A stretch of 64,000 bases of DNA from Paracoccus sp. (in: a-proteobacteria) (GCA_040392885.1 JBEBVF010000001.1:27505-91504); one strand, 5' to 3'; counted from the stretch's first letter, positions 9,824 through 20,027 are shown. The notes: generated by a model not told the origin, from the letters alone. Numbers and translations are program-made.

Positions 9824-10951
9824 TCACATCCTTGCCCCTTGCGCGGCGGGAACCTGCGCAAGCTGGGTCAACATATCCATGACCAGCGCGGCAGCGTCAA
9901 GGTTGACCGCCCGCCCCGCCCGCGCCTGCGCCGAGAGCCGGGCCTGCGCATCCGCCCAGGCACGCGCGGCCCCGGCATCCGGCGACAGCCGCGCCAGGAT
10001 CGCGGCTTCGTCGGGCGTGACCGAGGGCACGGGCGGGCCGGCCAGCCCGGCCAGCGCCAGCCGCGCCAGCAGCCGATCGAGCAGGGTCACGGTCAGGTCG
10101 AAGGGATCGCCCTCGCCCTGCGCCCGGGCGGCGGCGGCCTCGGCGATCCGTGCCGCCGCCTGCCGGTCCAGCCTCGGCAGGGTCGCGAACAGCGCCAGCA
10201 GCCGCTGATAGGCGGCCAGCCCGTCCTGGCCCAGCAGCCGCAGCGCCTCGCCGGCCGAACCGCCGGAGAGCGCCGCCAGCCCGGCGGCCTCCCCGGGCTC
10301 CACCTGCGCCCCGGCCTGCTCCAGCACCTCGGCCATCGGTGCCGGCGCCAGCGGCGCCAGCCGCAGCAGCCGGCAGCGCGAGCGGATGGTCGGCAGCAGC
10401 CGCGCCGGGCGATGCGCGACCAACAGCAGCACCGCGCCCGGCGGCGGCTCCTCCAGCAGCTTCAGCAGTGCGTTGGCGGCCGAGGGGTTCATCTCGTCCG
10501 CGGCGTCGAGGATGGCGACGCGGCGGCCGCCATCGGTGGCGGTCAGCTGGAAGAAGCCCAGCAGGCGGCGGATTTCCTCGACGGTGATCTCGGCGGAATG
10601 GCGGCCGGTCTTCTCGTTGAAGGGGCGGCGGATCAGCGCCAGCCGCGGCTCCGACAGCGCGCGCATCCGGCGGGCCAGCGCCGAATCGGGGTCGGTCTCC
10701 AGCATGTCGAGAGCACCGCCCTCCAGCAGCCAGCGGGCGATGGCCCAGGCCAGCGTCGCCTTGCCCACCCCGCGCGGCCCGGCCAGCAGCCAGGCATGGT
10801 GCAGCCGCCCGGTACCGGCGCTGCGCAGGAAATCCTGCACCGCCGCATCCTGCCCGATCACCCGCGCCGCCTCGCGCGGATGCGGGGCGCCGGGAATGCG
10901 GTCGGCCTCGGGCAGCGGCTCGGCCGGGGCCTCGGCAGGGCGGCGGGCCAT
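9824..10951 (-). CDS. holB: DNA polymerase III subunit delta'
   Basis: HHAWLLAGPRGVGKATLA, DEMNPSAANALLKLLEEPP, LPTIRSRC; alternative in-frame start at 11020. Confidence 0.9.
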   Translation of the reverse strand: MARRPAEAPAEPLPEADRIPGAPHPREAARVIGQDAAVQDFLRSAGTGRLHHAWLLAGPRGVGKATLAWAIARWLLEGGALDMLETDPDSALARRMRALSEPRLALIRRPFNEKTGRHSAEITVEEIRRLLGFFQLTATDGGRRVAILDAADEMNPSAANALLKLLEEPPPGAVLLLVAHRPARLLPTIRSRCRLLRLAPLAPAPMAEVLEQAGAQVEPGEAAGLAALSGGSAGEALRLLGQDGLAAYQRLLALFATLPRLDRQAAARIAEAAAARAQGEGDPFDLTVTLLDRLLARLALAGLAGPPVPSVTPDEAAILARLSPDAGAARAWADAQARLSAQARAGRAVNLDAAALVMDMLTQLAQVPAAQGARM

Positions 10952-11024
10952 CAGCGCACCCGTCCGGGCAGGGGGCGGCGGCTGCGGGCGGGGCGGGCCG
11001 ACGATGCAGGGCGAGGACATGGCA

Positions 11025-11636
11025 TCAGCGCAATCCCTCCGGCAGTTCGGCAGCGACCCGGGCGGCGACGGATTCTGCGCTGCCGGCACCGTCGATCAGC
11101 CGCACCCGGCCCGGCGCATCCCCGGCCAGCGCCCGGAAACCCGCCCGCAGGCGCTGCTGGAAATCGAGGCCCAGCCGCTCGAACCGGTCCTCGGCGCCGC
11201 CGCGCGCATGGGCGCGGCTGGCGGCCTCGGCAGGGTCGAGGTCGATGACGAAGGTCAGGTCGGGCTCCAGCCCGATCATCAGCGCATGCAGCGCATCGAC
11301 CATGCCGCGCAGGCTGGCCCGCGCCGCGCCCTGATAGACCCGGGTGGAATCGGCGAAACGGTCGCTGACCACCACGCCGCCCGCGGCCAGGGCGGGGCAG
11401 ATCACCCGTTCCAGGTGATCGCGGCGGGCGGCGGTGAACAGCAGGATCTCGGTCTCGGGCGACCAGCGCTCGGTGCCGCCCTCGACCAGCAGGCGGCGAA
11501 TTTCCTCGGCGCCGGGGCTGCCGCCCGGCTCGCGGGTCAGGCGCACTGCATGGCCGCGCGCCTCGAGTGCCGCGGCCAGCAGCCGCGCCTGCGTGGACTT
11601 GCCCGAGCCGTCGATGCCCTCGAAGCTGATGAACAT
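11025..11636 (-). CDS. tmk: Thymidylate kinase
   Basis: FISFEGIDGSGKSTQ, TREPGG, DRFADSTRVYQG. Confidence 0.97.
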   Translation of the reverse strand: MFISFEGIDGSGKSTQARLLAAALEARGHAVRLTREPGGSPGAEEIRRLLVEGGTERWSPETEILLFTAARRDHLERVICPALAAGGVVVSDRFADSTRVYQGAARASLRGMVDALHALMIGLEPDLTFVIDLDPAEAASRAHARGGAEDRFERLGLDFQQRLRAGFRALAGDAPGRVRLIDGAGSAESVAARVAAELPEGLR

Positions 11637-11655
11637 CGGCCGCCCCGCCCGGCGG

Positions 11656-12816
11656 TCAGCTGTCGGCGGCGGGGCGCACCGCCTGCCAGGCCATCATGCC
11701 CAGCCGCAGCACCGCACCCTGCAACCGGCCCAGCACCCCGGCCTCGCCGACATCCTCGGCCGCGATCAGCGGCGTGCGCGATTCGACGCCGCCCGGCAGG
11801 GTGACCACCAGATCGCCCAGCTTTTGCCCGGCGGTGATCGGCGCCGGGATCGGGCCGTCAAAGCTGGCCACGGCGGTGATCTGCGCATCCTCGCCGCCGC
11901 GGATCAGCACCCGCACACCCTCGGCGGTGGTCAGCCCGACCTTGCGCTGGCTGCCCAGCCAGACCGGCGCCGTCACCACGGTCTCGCCCTGCGGCACCAC
12001 GGTATGCATGGCGAATTCGCGGAACGCCCAGCTTACCACCCGCTCGGCCTCGTCGGCGCGGGCGCGCTCGTCCGCCAGGCCCATCAGCACGAAGACGATG
12101 CGCCGGTCGCCCTGCATGGCCGAGCCCACCAGCCCATAGCCGGCCTCCTCGGAATGGCCGGTCTTGAGGCCGTCGGCGCCGATGCCCAGCGCCAGCAGCG
12201 GATTGCGGTTGAAGCGGTTGGCGGGGGCGCGGTTGTCGAAGGCGAATTCGCGCAGCCCGAAATCGGCATAGAATTCCGGGAAATCCCGGATCAGGTGCAG
12301 GGCCAGCACGCCCAGGTCGCGGGCCGACATCAGGTGGTCGGGATGCGGCCAGCCCGAGGCATTGGCGAAATGCGAATGCGTCAGGCCCAGCGCACGGGCG
12401 CGCTCGGTCATTTGGCGGGCGAAGGCGTCCTCGGTGCCGGCCATGCCCTCGGCCACCACCACGCAGGCATCGTTGCCGGACATGACGATGATGCCCTTGA
12501 CCAACTCGTCCACGGTGGGGCGGTCCTGCTCGTTGAGGAACATGGTCGAGCCGGCCATCTTGCGCGCCTTCGTCGAGACGCTGAACCGCTCGTCCAGGCT
12601 GAGCCGGCCCTGATGCACGGCCTCGAACAGCATGTAGAGGGTCATCAGCTTCGACATCGAGGCCGGCGGCAGCGCCTCGTCGGCGTTCTTTTCCATCAGC
12701 ACGGTGCCGGTGGTCATGTCATAGACCCAGGCGGCCCGCGCGGTGGTGTCGAATTTCTGCGCCAGCACGGCCTGCGCCGGCAGCAGGAACGCAAGGAAAA
12801 GGGCGATGAAGCGCAT
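11656..12816 (-). CDS. D-alanyl-D-alanine carboxypeptidase (PBP5/6-like)
   Basis: Signal peptide, PASMSK (SxxK), SGN, DGLKTG motifs. Confidence 0.92.
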   Translation of the reverse strand: MRFIALFLAFLLPAQAVLAQKFDTTARAAWVYDMTTGTVLMEKNADEALPPASMSKLMTLYMLFEAVHQGRLSLDERFSVSTKARKMAGSTMFLNEQDRPTVDELVKGIIVMSGNDACVVVAEGMAGTEDAFARQMTERARALGLTHSHFANASGWPHPDHLMSARDLGVLALHLIRDFPEFYADFGLREFAFDNRAPANRFNRNPLLALGIGADGLKTGHSEEAGYGLVGSAMQGDRRIVFVLMGLADERARADEAERVVSWAFREFAMHTVVPQGETVVTAPVWLGSQRKVGLTTAEGVRVLIRGGEDAQITAVASFDGPIPAPITAGQKLGDLVVTLPGGVESRTPLIAAEDVGEAGVLGRLQGAVLRLGMMAWQAVRPAADS

Positions 12817-12921
12817 GACAAATCCAGCCTGTTTGCGCCAAGCCCTACAACAGCCGGGGCGGCGGGGCAACGCGGGCGGCCTCAACTCTGCGTGGCGGCG
12901 CGGCCCCGCGCGCCGGCGCCC

Positions 12922-13254
12922 TCAGTGATAGGTGAAGCTGCCGGTCTCGCAAACATTGACGCCATTGCGCACCAGTTCCTCGCCATCCGAGAAGATGGCG
13001 AGGAAATCGAATATGCAATAGCCGGTGCCATCGTCGAAATCCACCATCACGCTGGAGCCGGAGGGCAGCACGCTGGAGCCGAGGATATCCTCCTCCCAGG
13101 AATCGGTGCCCTTGTTCGAGCCGTAGAATTCCACGATGGAATAGCCGGTATTGTTGATGATGCGCACGCGGCGATCGGCGGCCCCGGCCGGCCCGGCAAG
13201 GCCGGCGACGAGCGACGAGAGCAGCAGAGCCACGACCAGAAGCCTTGTTCCCAT
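12922..13254 (-). CDS. Small secreted protein of unknown function
   Basis: Signal peptide (LLVVALLLSSLVAGLAGPAGA), RRVRIINNTG...WEEDILG, two Cys that could form a disulfide. Confidence 0.75.
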   Translation of the reverse strand: MGTRLLVVALLLSSLVAGLAGPAGAADRRVRIINNTGYSIVEFYGSNKGTDSWEEDILGSSVLPSGSSVMVDFDDGTGYCIFDFLAIFSDGEELVRNGVNVCETGSFTYH

Positions 13255-13468
13255 TTTCACCACCTGTTGACGCGATTCCCGTTTCCGGCGCGCGGCCGGA
13301 TGCGGTTCAGTAATCGCCGGCCCCGGCCTTGCGGCAAGGAGTTTCGCGAAAACACGCTAATGAAATATTGCCAAAATAATTCCCGGCGCCGGAAATGCGC
13401 GGCGCGGGGGATTTTGCCGCGGAACCGGTGCCGTGGCGTGTCGGTCAGCCCCGAATCCCGCCGGCCGA

Positions 13469-14263
13469 TCAGCGCCGGGCGGCGCGGCGGCGCAGGATCT
13501 CGTAGGCCACCGCGCCGAGGATGGTTACCGCGATGATGACCAGCGCCAGTGCGTTCACCGCCGGGGTCAGCCCGGTGCGCACCTTGGTGGCGATGAAGAT
13601 GGTCAGCGGCGTCTCGAAGCCGCGCACGAACAGGGTGGTGTTGTAATTCTCGATGGATTGCAGCACCGCCAGCCCGCCCGAGGCCAGCAGCGCCGGGCGC
13701 AGGAACGGCAGCAGCACGCGGCGGAACACCATGAAGCGCGAGGCGCCGAGGCCCAGCGCGGCCTCCTCCTGCGCGCGGTCGAAGCGTTGCAGGCGGGCGA
13801 TCACCATCAGCATCACATAGCAGATGATGAAGGTGGATTGCGCGATCACGATCAGGACCAGCCCGCCGCCGAGGCCGACCTGCCGCCACAGGATCAGCGT
13901 CGAGATCCCGATCACCACCCCCGGCGTCAGCAGGGGCGAGACCATGATGGCATAGGCCAGGCTGCGCGCCCGCGCATGCAGCGTGGTCAGCACCAGCGCC
14001 GCCGCCGTGCCCACCGGCACCACCACGATCACCACGCCGATGGCGACGAGGATCGAGGTGCCCAGCGACTGCCACATCGCCCGATCCGCCCACATGGCCG
14101 AAAACCACTCCAGCGTCGTGCCTTGCCAGGGGATCACCGTAGGAAAGCGGCTGGTGTTGAAGGCAGCCGCCGACATGATGACCAGCGGCATGAAGAGATA
14201 GGCGACGAACAGCACCAGATAGAGCGCCATCAGCATACGAAAGAGGCGGTCGGCGCCGCTCAT
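13469..14263 (-). CDS. Polyamine-type ABC permease (PotC-like)
   Basis: FNTSRFP...TLEWF, EEAALGLGAS EAA motif, PALLASG. Confidence 0.88.
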   Translation of the reverse strand: MSGADRLFRMLMALYLVLFVAYLFMPLVIMSAAAFNTSRFPTVIPWQGTTLEWFSAMWADRAMWQSLGTSILVAIGVVIVVVPVGTAAALVLTTLHARARSLAYAIMVSPLLTPGVVIGISTLILWRQVGLGGGLVLIVIAQSTFIICYVMLMVIARLQRFDRAQEEAALGLGASRFMVFRRVLLPFLRPALLASGGLAVLQSIENYNTTLFVRGFETPLTIFIATKVRTGLTPAVNALALVIIAVTILGAVAYEILRRRAARR

Positions 14264-15141
14264 TTCGCCACATCCGCCAGGTTGACGCGGGCGATGCGCA
14301 GCGTCGCCAGTACCACGGCCAGACACAGCACCAGCAGGGTCAGCGCATAGGCCGCGCCGCGGTTCCAGTCGCCGCCCTCGAAGAACCAGTTGTAGATGAT
14401 TTCCGTAAACCAGCGGCTGCCGGGCGAGCCGAGCAGCGCCGGCGCCACATAGGAGCCCGCCGCCAGCATGAAGGTGAACACGCAGCCGGTGGCGATCCCG
14501 GCCTTGGCATGGGGAATGACCACCCGGCGATGGATGCGCAGGGTGGAGGCGCCAAGGTCGCGCGCGGCCTCGATCTGCGCCTTCTCAAGGCTTTCGATGG
14601 CGTTGTAGATCGGCAGCAGCATGAACAGGATATAGGCATAGACCATGCCCGCCAGCACGCCGCCATCGCCCTGCCAGCGGATCGGTGCGTCGATGATGCC
14701 CAAGCCCATCAGTGCCGCGTTCAGCGGCCCGCGATAGGCCAGCAGGATATACCAGGCCAGGGTGCGCAGCACCTCGTTGATGAAGAACGGGATGATGAGG
14801 GCGATCAGGAAGATTTCCAGCTGCCCCGGCCCGGCCCGCTGCGCCAGCCAGAAGGCGATGGGATAGCAGACCAGGAAGGTCACCGCCGCCACCAGCGCGC
14901 TGGCCCAGATGGTCTTGAAGAAGATCGCCCGATGCGTCGGCTCACCTGCCAGATAGAGGAAATTCTGTAGCGAATAGTGGTCCTGCGGCCCGCCCAGCTG
15001 CGCCGGCGGCAGGTTCGGGCGCAGGGCATAGTCGATCATCATCAGGTTCGGCGCCAGCACCATGCCGGCGACCCAGATCACCACGAGAACCAGAAACACC
15101 GAGGCCAACCCGGCGCCGAACCTGCGGAACAGCTCAGCCAT
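14260..15141 (-). CDS. Polyamine-type ABC permease (PotB-like)
   Basis: CYPIAFWLA, PFFINEVLR, IEAARDLGAS EAA motif. Confidence 0.88.
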   Translation of the reverse strand: MAELFRRFGAGLASVFLVLVVIWVAGMVLAPNLMMIDYALRPNLPPAQLGGPQDHYSLQNFLYLAGEPTHRAIFFKTIWASALVAAVTFLVCYPIAFWLAQRAGPGQLEIFLIALIIPFFINEVLRTLAWYILLAYRGPLNAALMGLGIIDAPIRWQGDGGVLAGMVYAYILFMLLPIYNAIESLEKAQIEAARDLGASTLRIHRRVVIPHAKAGIATGCVFTFMLAAGSYVAPALLGSPGSRWFTEIIYNWFFEGGDWNRGAAYALTLLVLCLAVVLATLRIARVNLADVAK

Positions 15142-16195
15142 CGGCCAGCACCACGGCATGTTCGGGGGCAAAGCCGAACCGCGCCTCGGTTCCCGGCGCC
15201 GGGGCCTCGGAAAGGCGGGTGTTCGGCACCGTCATGGTCATCGCCGCGCCATCGGGGAAGCGGCCATGGACCAGCGCGAAGGCACCCTCGAAATCCAGCC
15301 GCTCGACGGTGGCGGGCAGGCTGTTCGGCCCGGCGCCGCCCGCCAGCGCCTCGGGGCGGATATAAATCGTCGCCGCCTGCCCCGGCACCACCTCCCGGGC
15401 GCGGCCGCGCAGCGGCCCCAGCGCGGTGTCCAGCGTGGCGATGCCGCCCTCGACACCGGCGACCGTGCCGGCGATGGCATTGGTCTCGCCCACGAAACGC
15501 GCCACGAAGGGCGTGGCGGGGTTGTCGTAGAGGTCGCGGGGCGTGGCGACCTGTTGCAGCAAGCCGGCGCTCATCACCGCCACGCGGTCGGACATGGCCA
15601 GCGCCTCGGACTGGTCGTGGGTGATGTAGATGAAGGTGACGCCGGTGCGCTGTTGCAGGCTGCGCAGTTCGGCCCGCATGTGCTGGCGCAGCTTGAGGTC
15701 CAGCGCCGAGAGCGGCTCGTCCAGCAGCAGCACCTGCGGCTCGACCGCCAGCGCCCGGGCGATGGCGACGCGCTGGCGCTGGCCGCCGGAGAGTTCCCCC
15801 GGCATCCGGTCGCCATAGCCGTCCAGCGCGATCAGGTGCAGCAGTTCCTCGGCGCGCCTGCGACGCTCGGTCTTCGCCACGCCCCGCGCCTCCAGCCCGA
15901 AGGCGATGTTTTCCCAGACCGGCATCAGCGGGAACAGCGCCAGCGACTGAAAGATCATCGCCGTCGGCCGCTGGTTGGGGCCGAGGCCGGCCATGTCGCG
16001 GTCGCCAATCAGGATGCGGCCTTCGGTCGGTTCCAGAAATCCGGCGATCATGCGCAGGATCGTGGTCTTGCCGCAGCCCGAAGGGCCCAGGATGGAAAAG
16101 AATTCCCCCGCGCCGACCTTGAGCGACACGTCGCTGACGGCGCGGGTGTTCCCGAACCGCATGCCGACGCCCGCCAGTTCCACAGAATGCGACAT
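15134..16195 (-). CDS. Polyamine-type ABC ATPase (PotA-like)
   Basis: GPSGCGKTT, LSGGQRQR, LLLDEP, TFIYITHDQSEA, C-terminal TOBE-like region. Confidence 0.92.
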   Translation of the reverse strand: MSHSVELAGVGMRFGNTRAVSDVSLKVGAGEFFSILGPSGCGKTTILRMIAGFLEPTEGRILIGDRDMAGLGPNQRPTAMIFQSLALFPLMPVWENIAFGLEARGVAKTERRRRAEELLHLIALDGYGDRMPGELSGGQRQRVAIARALAVEPQVLLLDEPLSALDLKLRQHMRAELRSLQQRTGVTFIYITHDQSEALAMSDRVAVMSAGLLQQVATPRDLYDNPATPFVARFVGETNAIAGTVAGVEGGIATLDTALGPLRGRAREVVPGQAATIYIRPEALAGGAGPNSLPATVERLDFEGAFALVHGRFPDGAAMTMTVPNTRLSEAPAPGTEARFGFAPEHAVVLADG

Positions 16196-16245
16196 CCGCC
16201 CCCTTTCGAGCTGGCGCGGGGGGAAGGCCCCCGCGCCGGTTTCGA

Positions 16246-17367
16246 TCAGGCCGACAGGAAGCGGTCCTGATATTCGTTGCGCTTGGAGATGTACCAGTTT
16301 TCCTGGATCGGCCACCACCACAGTTTTTCCAGCGCATCGCCCGGATAGGCGGCGGCAAAGAACGCCTTGGCATCGTCCGAGACCAGATCGGCCGAACCCA
16401 CCGCCGTCGAGTTGATCGAGGTGGCGTTGGAATACATCGCCCCGGCCTCGGGGGTCAGGAACCAGTTGATGAAGGCATAGGCCTGATCCAGGTTCGCCGC
16501 CCCCTTCGGGATCGACAGCCCCTCCATCCAGGCCAGGGCGCCTTCCTTCGGCGCGATGAAGCCGACCGGCAGCCCCTCGCGGGCCAGGGCGGCGGCGGTC
16601 GAATCCCAAGTCTGGCCGATGGCGGCGCCATTGACGCGGAAGGCGCCCTGTGCCTCGTTCTCGTTGTTCCAGAACTGGATGATATTGCCCTTGCGGGCGA
16701 TGGCCTCGGCGAGGATGGCGTCGAACACCTCGGTCTGCGCCTCCGGGGTCTTGAAGGCATCGAGCAGCGGGCGCGGCAGCTTGCCCTCGGCCTCCAGCCA
16801 CAGCCCGAGGCCGACCAGCGCCGAATGGGCGCGCACCGTGGCCTTGCCCGCCGCCGCCTCGCCCCAGATGTCGCCATAGGAGGCGGTGCCGTATTCCAGC
16901 GGCATCTGGTCACGGTCGAAGGCCACCGCCTCGGTGCCCCAGTCGGTCGGCACCTGGTAACGCTGGCCGTTCACCACCGCGCCGAGATTGGTCGAGTTCT
17001 GCCAGGCCGAGGGCAGCACCTTCGCCACCTCGATCTTCGATTCGTCGATGGGCTGCACCAGGTCGAACTCGACATAGTTCGGCACCCGGTCCACGGTCGG
17101 CCAGATCAGGTCGAAGCCGCCGCCATTGTTGGCGCGCAGCTGGTTCAGCAGCTCGTCATTGGTGCCGTAGGGGGTGAAGACCGGCTTGATCCCGGTGGCC
17201 TTCTCGAAGGCGCCGAGGATCTCGTCGTTCAGATAGCCGGCCCAGGCAAAGATGTTCACCGTGCCCGACGAGCCCTGCGCCAGCGCACCACGCGACACCA
17301 GCGGCGCCGCCAGCGACAGCCCGGCCAAGGCCGCCGCGCCTTTCAGAACTCCGCGTCGTTTGATCAT
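16246..17367 (-). CDS. PotD/PotF-like substrate-binding protein with Tat signal
   Basis: MIKRRGVLK twin-arginine motif, FAWAGY, PKEGALAWME, AYAFINW. Confidence 0.88.
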   Translation of the reverse strand: MIKRRGVLKGAAALAGLSLAAPLVSRGALAQGSSGTVNIFAWAGYLNDEILGAFEKATGIKPVFTPYGTNDELLNQLRANNGGGFDLIWPTVDRVPNYVEFDLVQPIDESKIEVAKVLPSAWQNSTNLGAVVNGQRYQVPTDWGTEAVAFDRDQMPLEYGTASYGDIWGEAAAGKATVRAHSALVGLGLWLEAEGKLPRPLLDAFKTPEAQTEVFDAILAEAIARKGNIIQFWNNENEAQGAFRVNGAAIGQTWDSTAAALAREGLPVGFIAPKEGALAWMEGLSIPKGAANLDQAYAFINWFLTPEAGAMYSNATSINSTAVGSADLVSDDAKAFFAAAYPGDALEKLWWWPIQENWYISKRNEYQDRFLSA

Positions 17368-17455
17368 GTTCACGGTCGAATCTCCTGATGTTCGATGGGC
17401 CGTCTTCTGGAGCCCGTGCAAGACAATGCCATGACAGCTTGGCACAGGATCGGGC

Positions 17456-17505
17456 AAAAAAACACCTCGCTCCTCACCGCCCGCATTGTGGGGCGGCGAG
17501 GAGCG
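17456..17505 (-). terminator. Rho-independent terminator between MBL hydrolase and the Pot-type operon
   Basis: cgctcctc(g/a)ccgccc 15-bp stem followed on the minus strand by gtgttttttt. Confidence 0.75.
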
Positions 17506-17712
17506 GTCGGCATGCTTCCGGACGGCGATTTCGTCCGCGGGTGCTTCCCCGGTCGGCAGCATCGGGCCGAGGTCGGCGACACGCTTCCACGCGGGTCAGA
17601 TACTCTGAAACCTCGGGCCAACTCGCGGCATAGATGGCGCCGGGCGAGGATTCGGCACTGTCTCCCTCTGACCGGAAACACGGCAGGGCCGGTCCGGACC
17701 GGCCCGCCTCGC

Positions 17713-18405
17713 TCAGATCTCGATCGGCACCAGCACTTCGGGCTCGACGACATTCACGTCGGGAAGACCCTCCTTCATCGTCTCCGCCGACTGCTCCAGC
17801 AGTGGGAAGGTGCGATAATGGCAGGGGATCACCGTCTTGAAGTCGAAGAACTTCTTCGCCGCCCAGGTCGCGCGCGCCATGTCCATCGTGTAATGCCCCC
17901 CGGCGGCGAGGATGCCGATATCGGGGGTGTGCAATTCGGCGAACAGCGCCATGTCGGCCATCACGTCGGTATCGCCCGAGACATAGATCACATGCCCCTC
18001 GCCGGCGATCATGTAGCCCGATTCCGTGCCCAGATAGACCGGCGTGCCGTCCAGGGTGAAAGACGAGGAATGCGTGGCATTCACCATCGTCACCTTCACC
18101 CCCGCCAGATCGACGGTGCCGCCCTTGTTGAAGTCGATGCCCGCAACCCCCGACTGCGCCGCCACCCAATGCGCAAGCTCGGGGATGGCGACGACCGGGA
18201 TGCCCAGCTCCTTCGAGATCGCCGCCGCATCGCCGGTATGATCGCCATGCCCATGGGTCAGCAGGATATGCGTCGCCCCCGCGATGGCCTCCGCCCGGCG
18301 GGCGACCGGAAACATCGGATTGCCGGAAAGCCAGGGGTCGATCAGCAGCACCGCATCGCCGATGGCGATGCGGAAGCCGGAATGGCCGAGCCAGGTGATC
18401 TTCAT
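17713..18405 (-). CDS. Metal-dependent hydrolase (UPF0173-type MBL fold)
   Basis: MKITWLGHSGFRI, LIDPWL, LTHGHGDHTGD, HSSS, SGDT, PCHY. Confidence 0.9.
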   Translation of the reverse strand: MKITWLGHSGFRIAIGDAVLLIDPWLSGNPMFPVARRAEAIAGATHILLTHGHGDHTGDAAAISKELGIPVVAIPELAHWVAAQSGVAGIDFNKGGTVDLAGVKVTMVNATHSSSFTLDGTPVYLGTESGYMIAGEGHVIYVSGDTDVMADMALFAELHTPDIGILAAGGHYTMDMARATWAAKKFFDFKTVIPCHYRTFPLLEQSAETMKEGLPDVNVVEPEVLVPIEI

Positions 18406-18505
18406 AGGTGCCTCCTTCGATGGCCCCTGGGAGGCGGGGCCGGTCTTTGCATTCTACGACAGCCCGCCACCGCAAGGCAAAGCCGCGGCGCCGCCGGGCA
18501 TCGCT

Positions 18506-19852
18506 TTACAGGAACGGCCCCAGTTGCAGGCGGCTGCCATCGCTGAAGCGCGACAGGCGGAAGCGGCCGAGGTCATGGCCCGGGGCATTGCCCTGGATCA
18601 GGTCGGCCATCACCCGCCCGATGCCCGGACCGATGCCGAAGCCGTGGCCGCTCATGCCGGTGGCCACATACAGGCCGGGAATCGCCGCCACCTGGTCGAG
18701 GACCGGCACGAAATCCGGCATGGTGTCGATCATCCCCGCCCAGGTGGTCTTCAGCCGCACCGGGCCGAGTTCGGGAAACAGCCGGGCAAAATTCTCTGCC
18801 GCCGCGCGCAGATGGCCGGCGGCCGGCGGCGGGTTCAGGACGCGCATGCGCTCGAACGGGCTTTCCCCGTCCTCGGGCCAGCTGCGCGGCGTGCCCCAGG
18901 CGTCGGGATAGCCGGCCGGCGCCCAGGGCGCATAGCGGGTAGCAAGCGGATGGGCCCGCAGCGCCGGCAGGTATTTCCCCATATGCCGGAAGGCGTCGGG
19001 GCCGAGATAGAGGCGGCTGCCGCCGCCCGCCGCCAGCGTATAGCCGCCATCCTGCCGGCGCCGGAACGCCACCCCCTTCTCGGAGACCGCGCCGGCATGG
19101 ATCTCGGGCAGGGGCTCGGTCGCGGCGACGGTGGCGCGCACGCTGAGCTGGGGAAGGCCGACCCCGTGCCGGCGCAGCAGCAGCGAGGACCAGGCACCCC
19201 CGGCCACCAGCACGGTCGCGGCGGCGATGCGCCCGGCCTCGGTCAGCACGCCGGTGATCCGGCCCGCCGCGATGTCCAGCGCCCGCACGGCGCAGTTCTC
19301 GACGATGGTCAGGCCCGCGCGCGCCGCCAGCCGGGCCAGCGCCGGCACCGCCAGCCAGGGCTCGGCCCGCTGGTCGGAGGGCGTGATCATCCCGCCCCGC
19401 ACCCGCCGCGACAGGCCGGGAAGCAGCCGCGCCACCCCCTCGGCGTCCAGCAGGCGGGTGTCGAGGTCATGCGCCGCGGCCAGCGCCATGAAGTCCTGAT
19501 AGCCCTGGAGCTGCCGGTCGGTATCGGCCAGATAGGTCACCCCGGTCTGCCGCAGCCCGATCTCCTCGCCGCTTTCCTGCGCCAGCTGCTGCCAGAGGCG
19601 CCCGGCCTCGATCATGATCGGCAGCTCGGCCGCATCGCGGCCCTGCTTGCGCACCCAACCCCAGTTGCGCGAGGACTGCTCGGCGGCGATGCGCCCCTTT
19701 TCCACCAGCGTGACGGAAACGCCCTGGCGAGCGAGGAACAGGCCCGTGGTCACCCCGATGACCCCGCCGCCGATGATGACGACATCGCAGGCGGCCGGGG
19801 GCGGTCCGGGAAAGGCGACGGGATCGGCGACGGAGAACGGAAAACGGGGCAT
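18506..19852 (-). CDS. FAD-dependent oxidoreductase (D-amino acid oxidase/DadA-like)
   Basis: VVIIGGGVIG Rossmann motif, EQSSRNWGWVR, WAGMID, GMSGHGFGIGPG. Confidence 0.88.
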   Translation of the reverse strand: MPRFPFSVADPVAFPGPPPAACDVVIIGGGVIGVTTGLFLARQGVSVTLVEKGRIAAEQSSRNWGWVRKQGRDAAELPIMIEAGRLWQQLAQESGEEIGLRQTGVTYLADTDRQLQGYQDFMALAAAHDLDTRLLDAEGVARLLPGLSRRVRGGMITPSDQRAEPWLAVPALARLAARAGLTIVENCAVRALDIAAGRITGVLTEAGRIAAATVLVAGGAWSSLLLRRHGVGLPQLSVRATVAATEPLPEIHAGAVSEKGVAFRRRQDGGYTLAAGGGSRLYLGPDAFRHMGKYLPALRAHPLATRYAPWAPAGYPDAWGTPRSWPEDGESPFERMRVLNPPPAAGHLRAAAENFARLFPELGPVRLKTTWAGMIDTMPDFVPVLDQVAAIPGLYVATGMSGHGFGIGPGIGRVMADLIQGNAPGHDLGRFRLSRFSDGSRLQLGPFL

Positions 19853-20027
19853 GGCGGGCACCTCTGGATCGCGACGGGTTGGGGGCGGCGGTTATCCGGC
19901 GGCTACGGCCATCCCGCCCGCCGCACTATGGCAAGGTTCGGGCCGGGATGTCAGGCCCAAGGCGGAGAATGTGACCATCGGTCCCGGTCGCATGGTTCCG
20001 GCGGCGCCGGGCTGGGCATCCGGGGGG

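Noticed and set aside
17417-17431. Sigma-54 promoter for the Pot-type operon (TGGCATTGTCTTGCA on the minus strand)
   Set aside because: GG-to-GC spacing is 9 nt rather than the required 10
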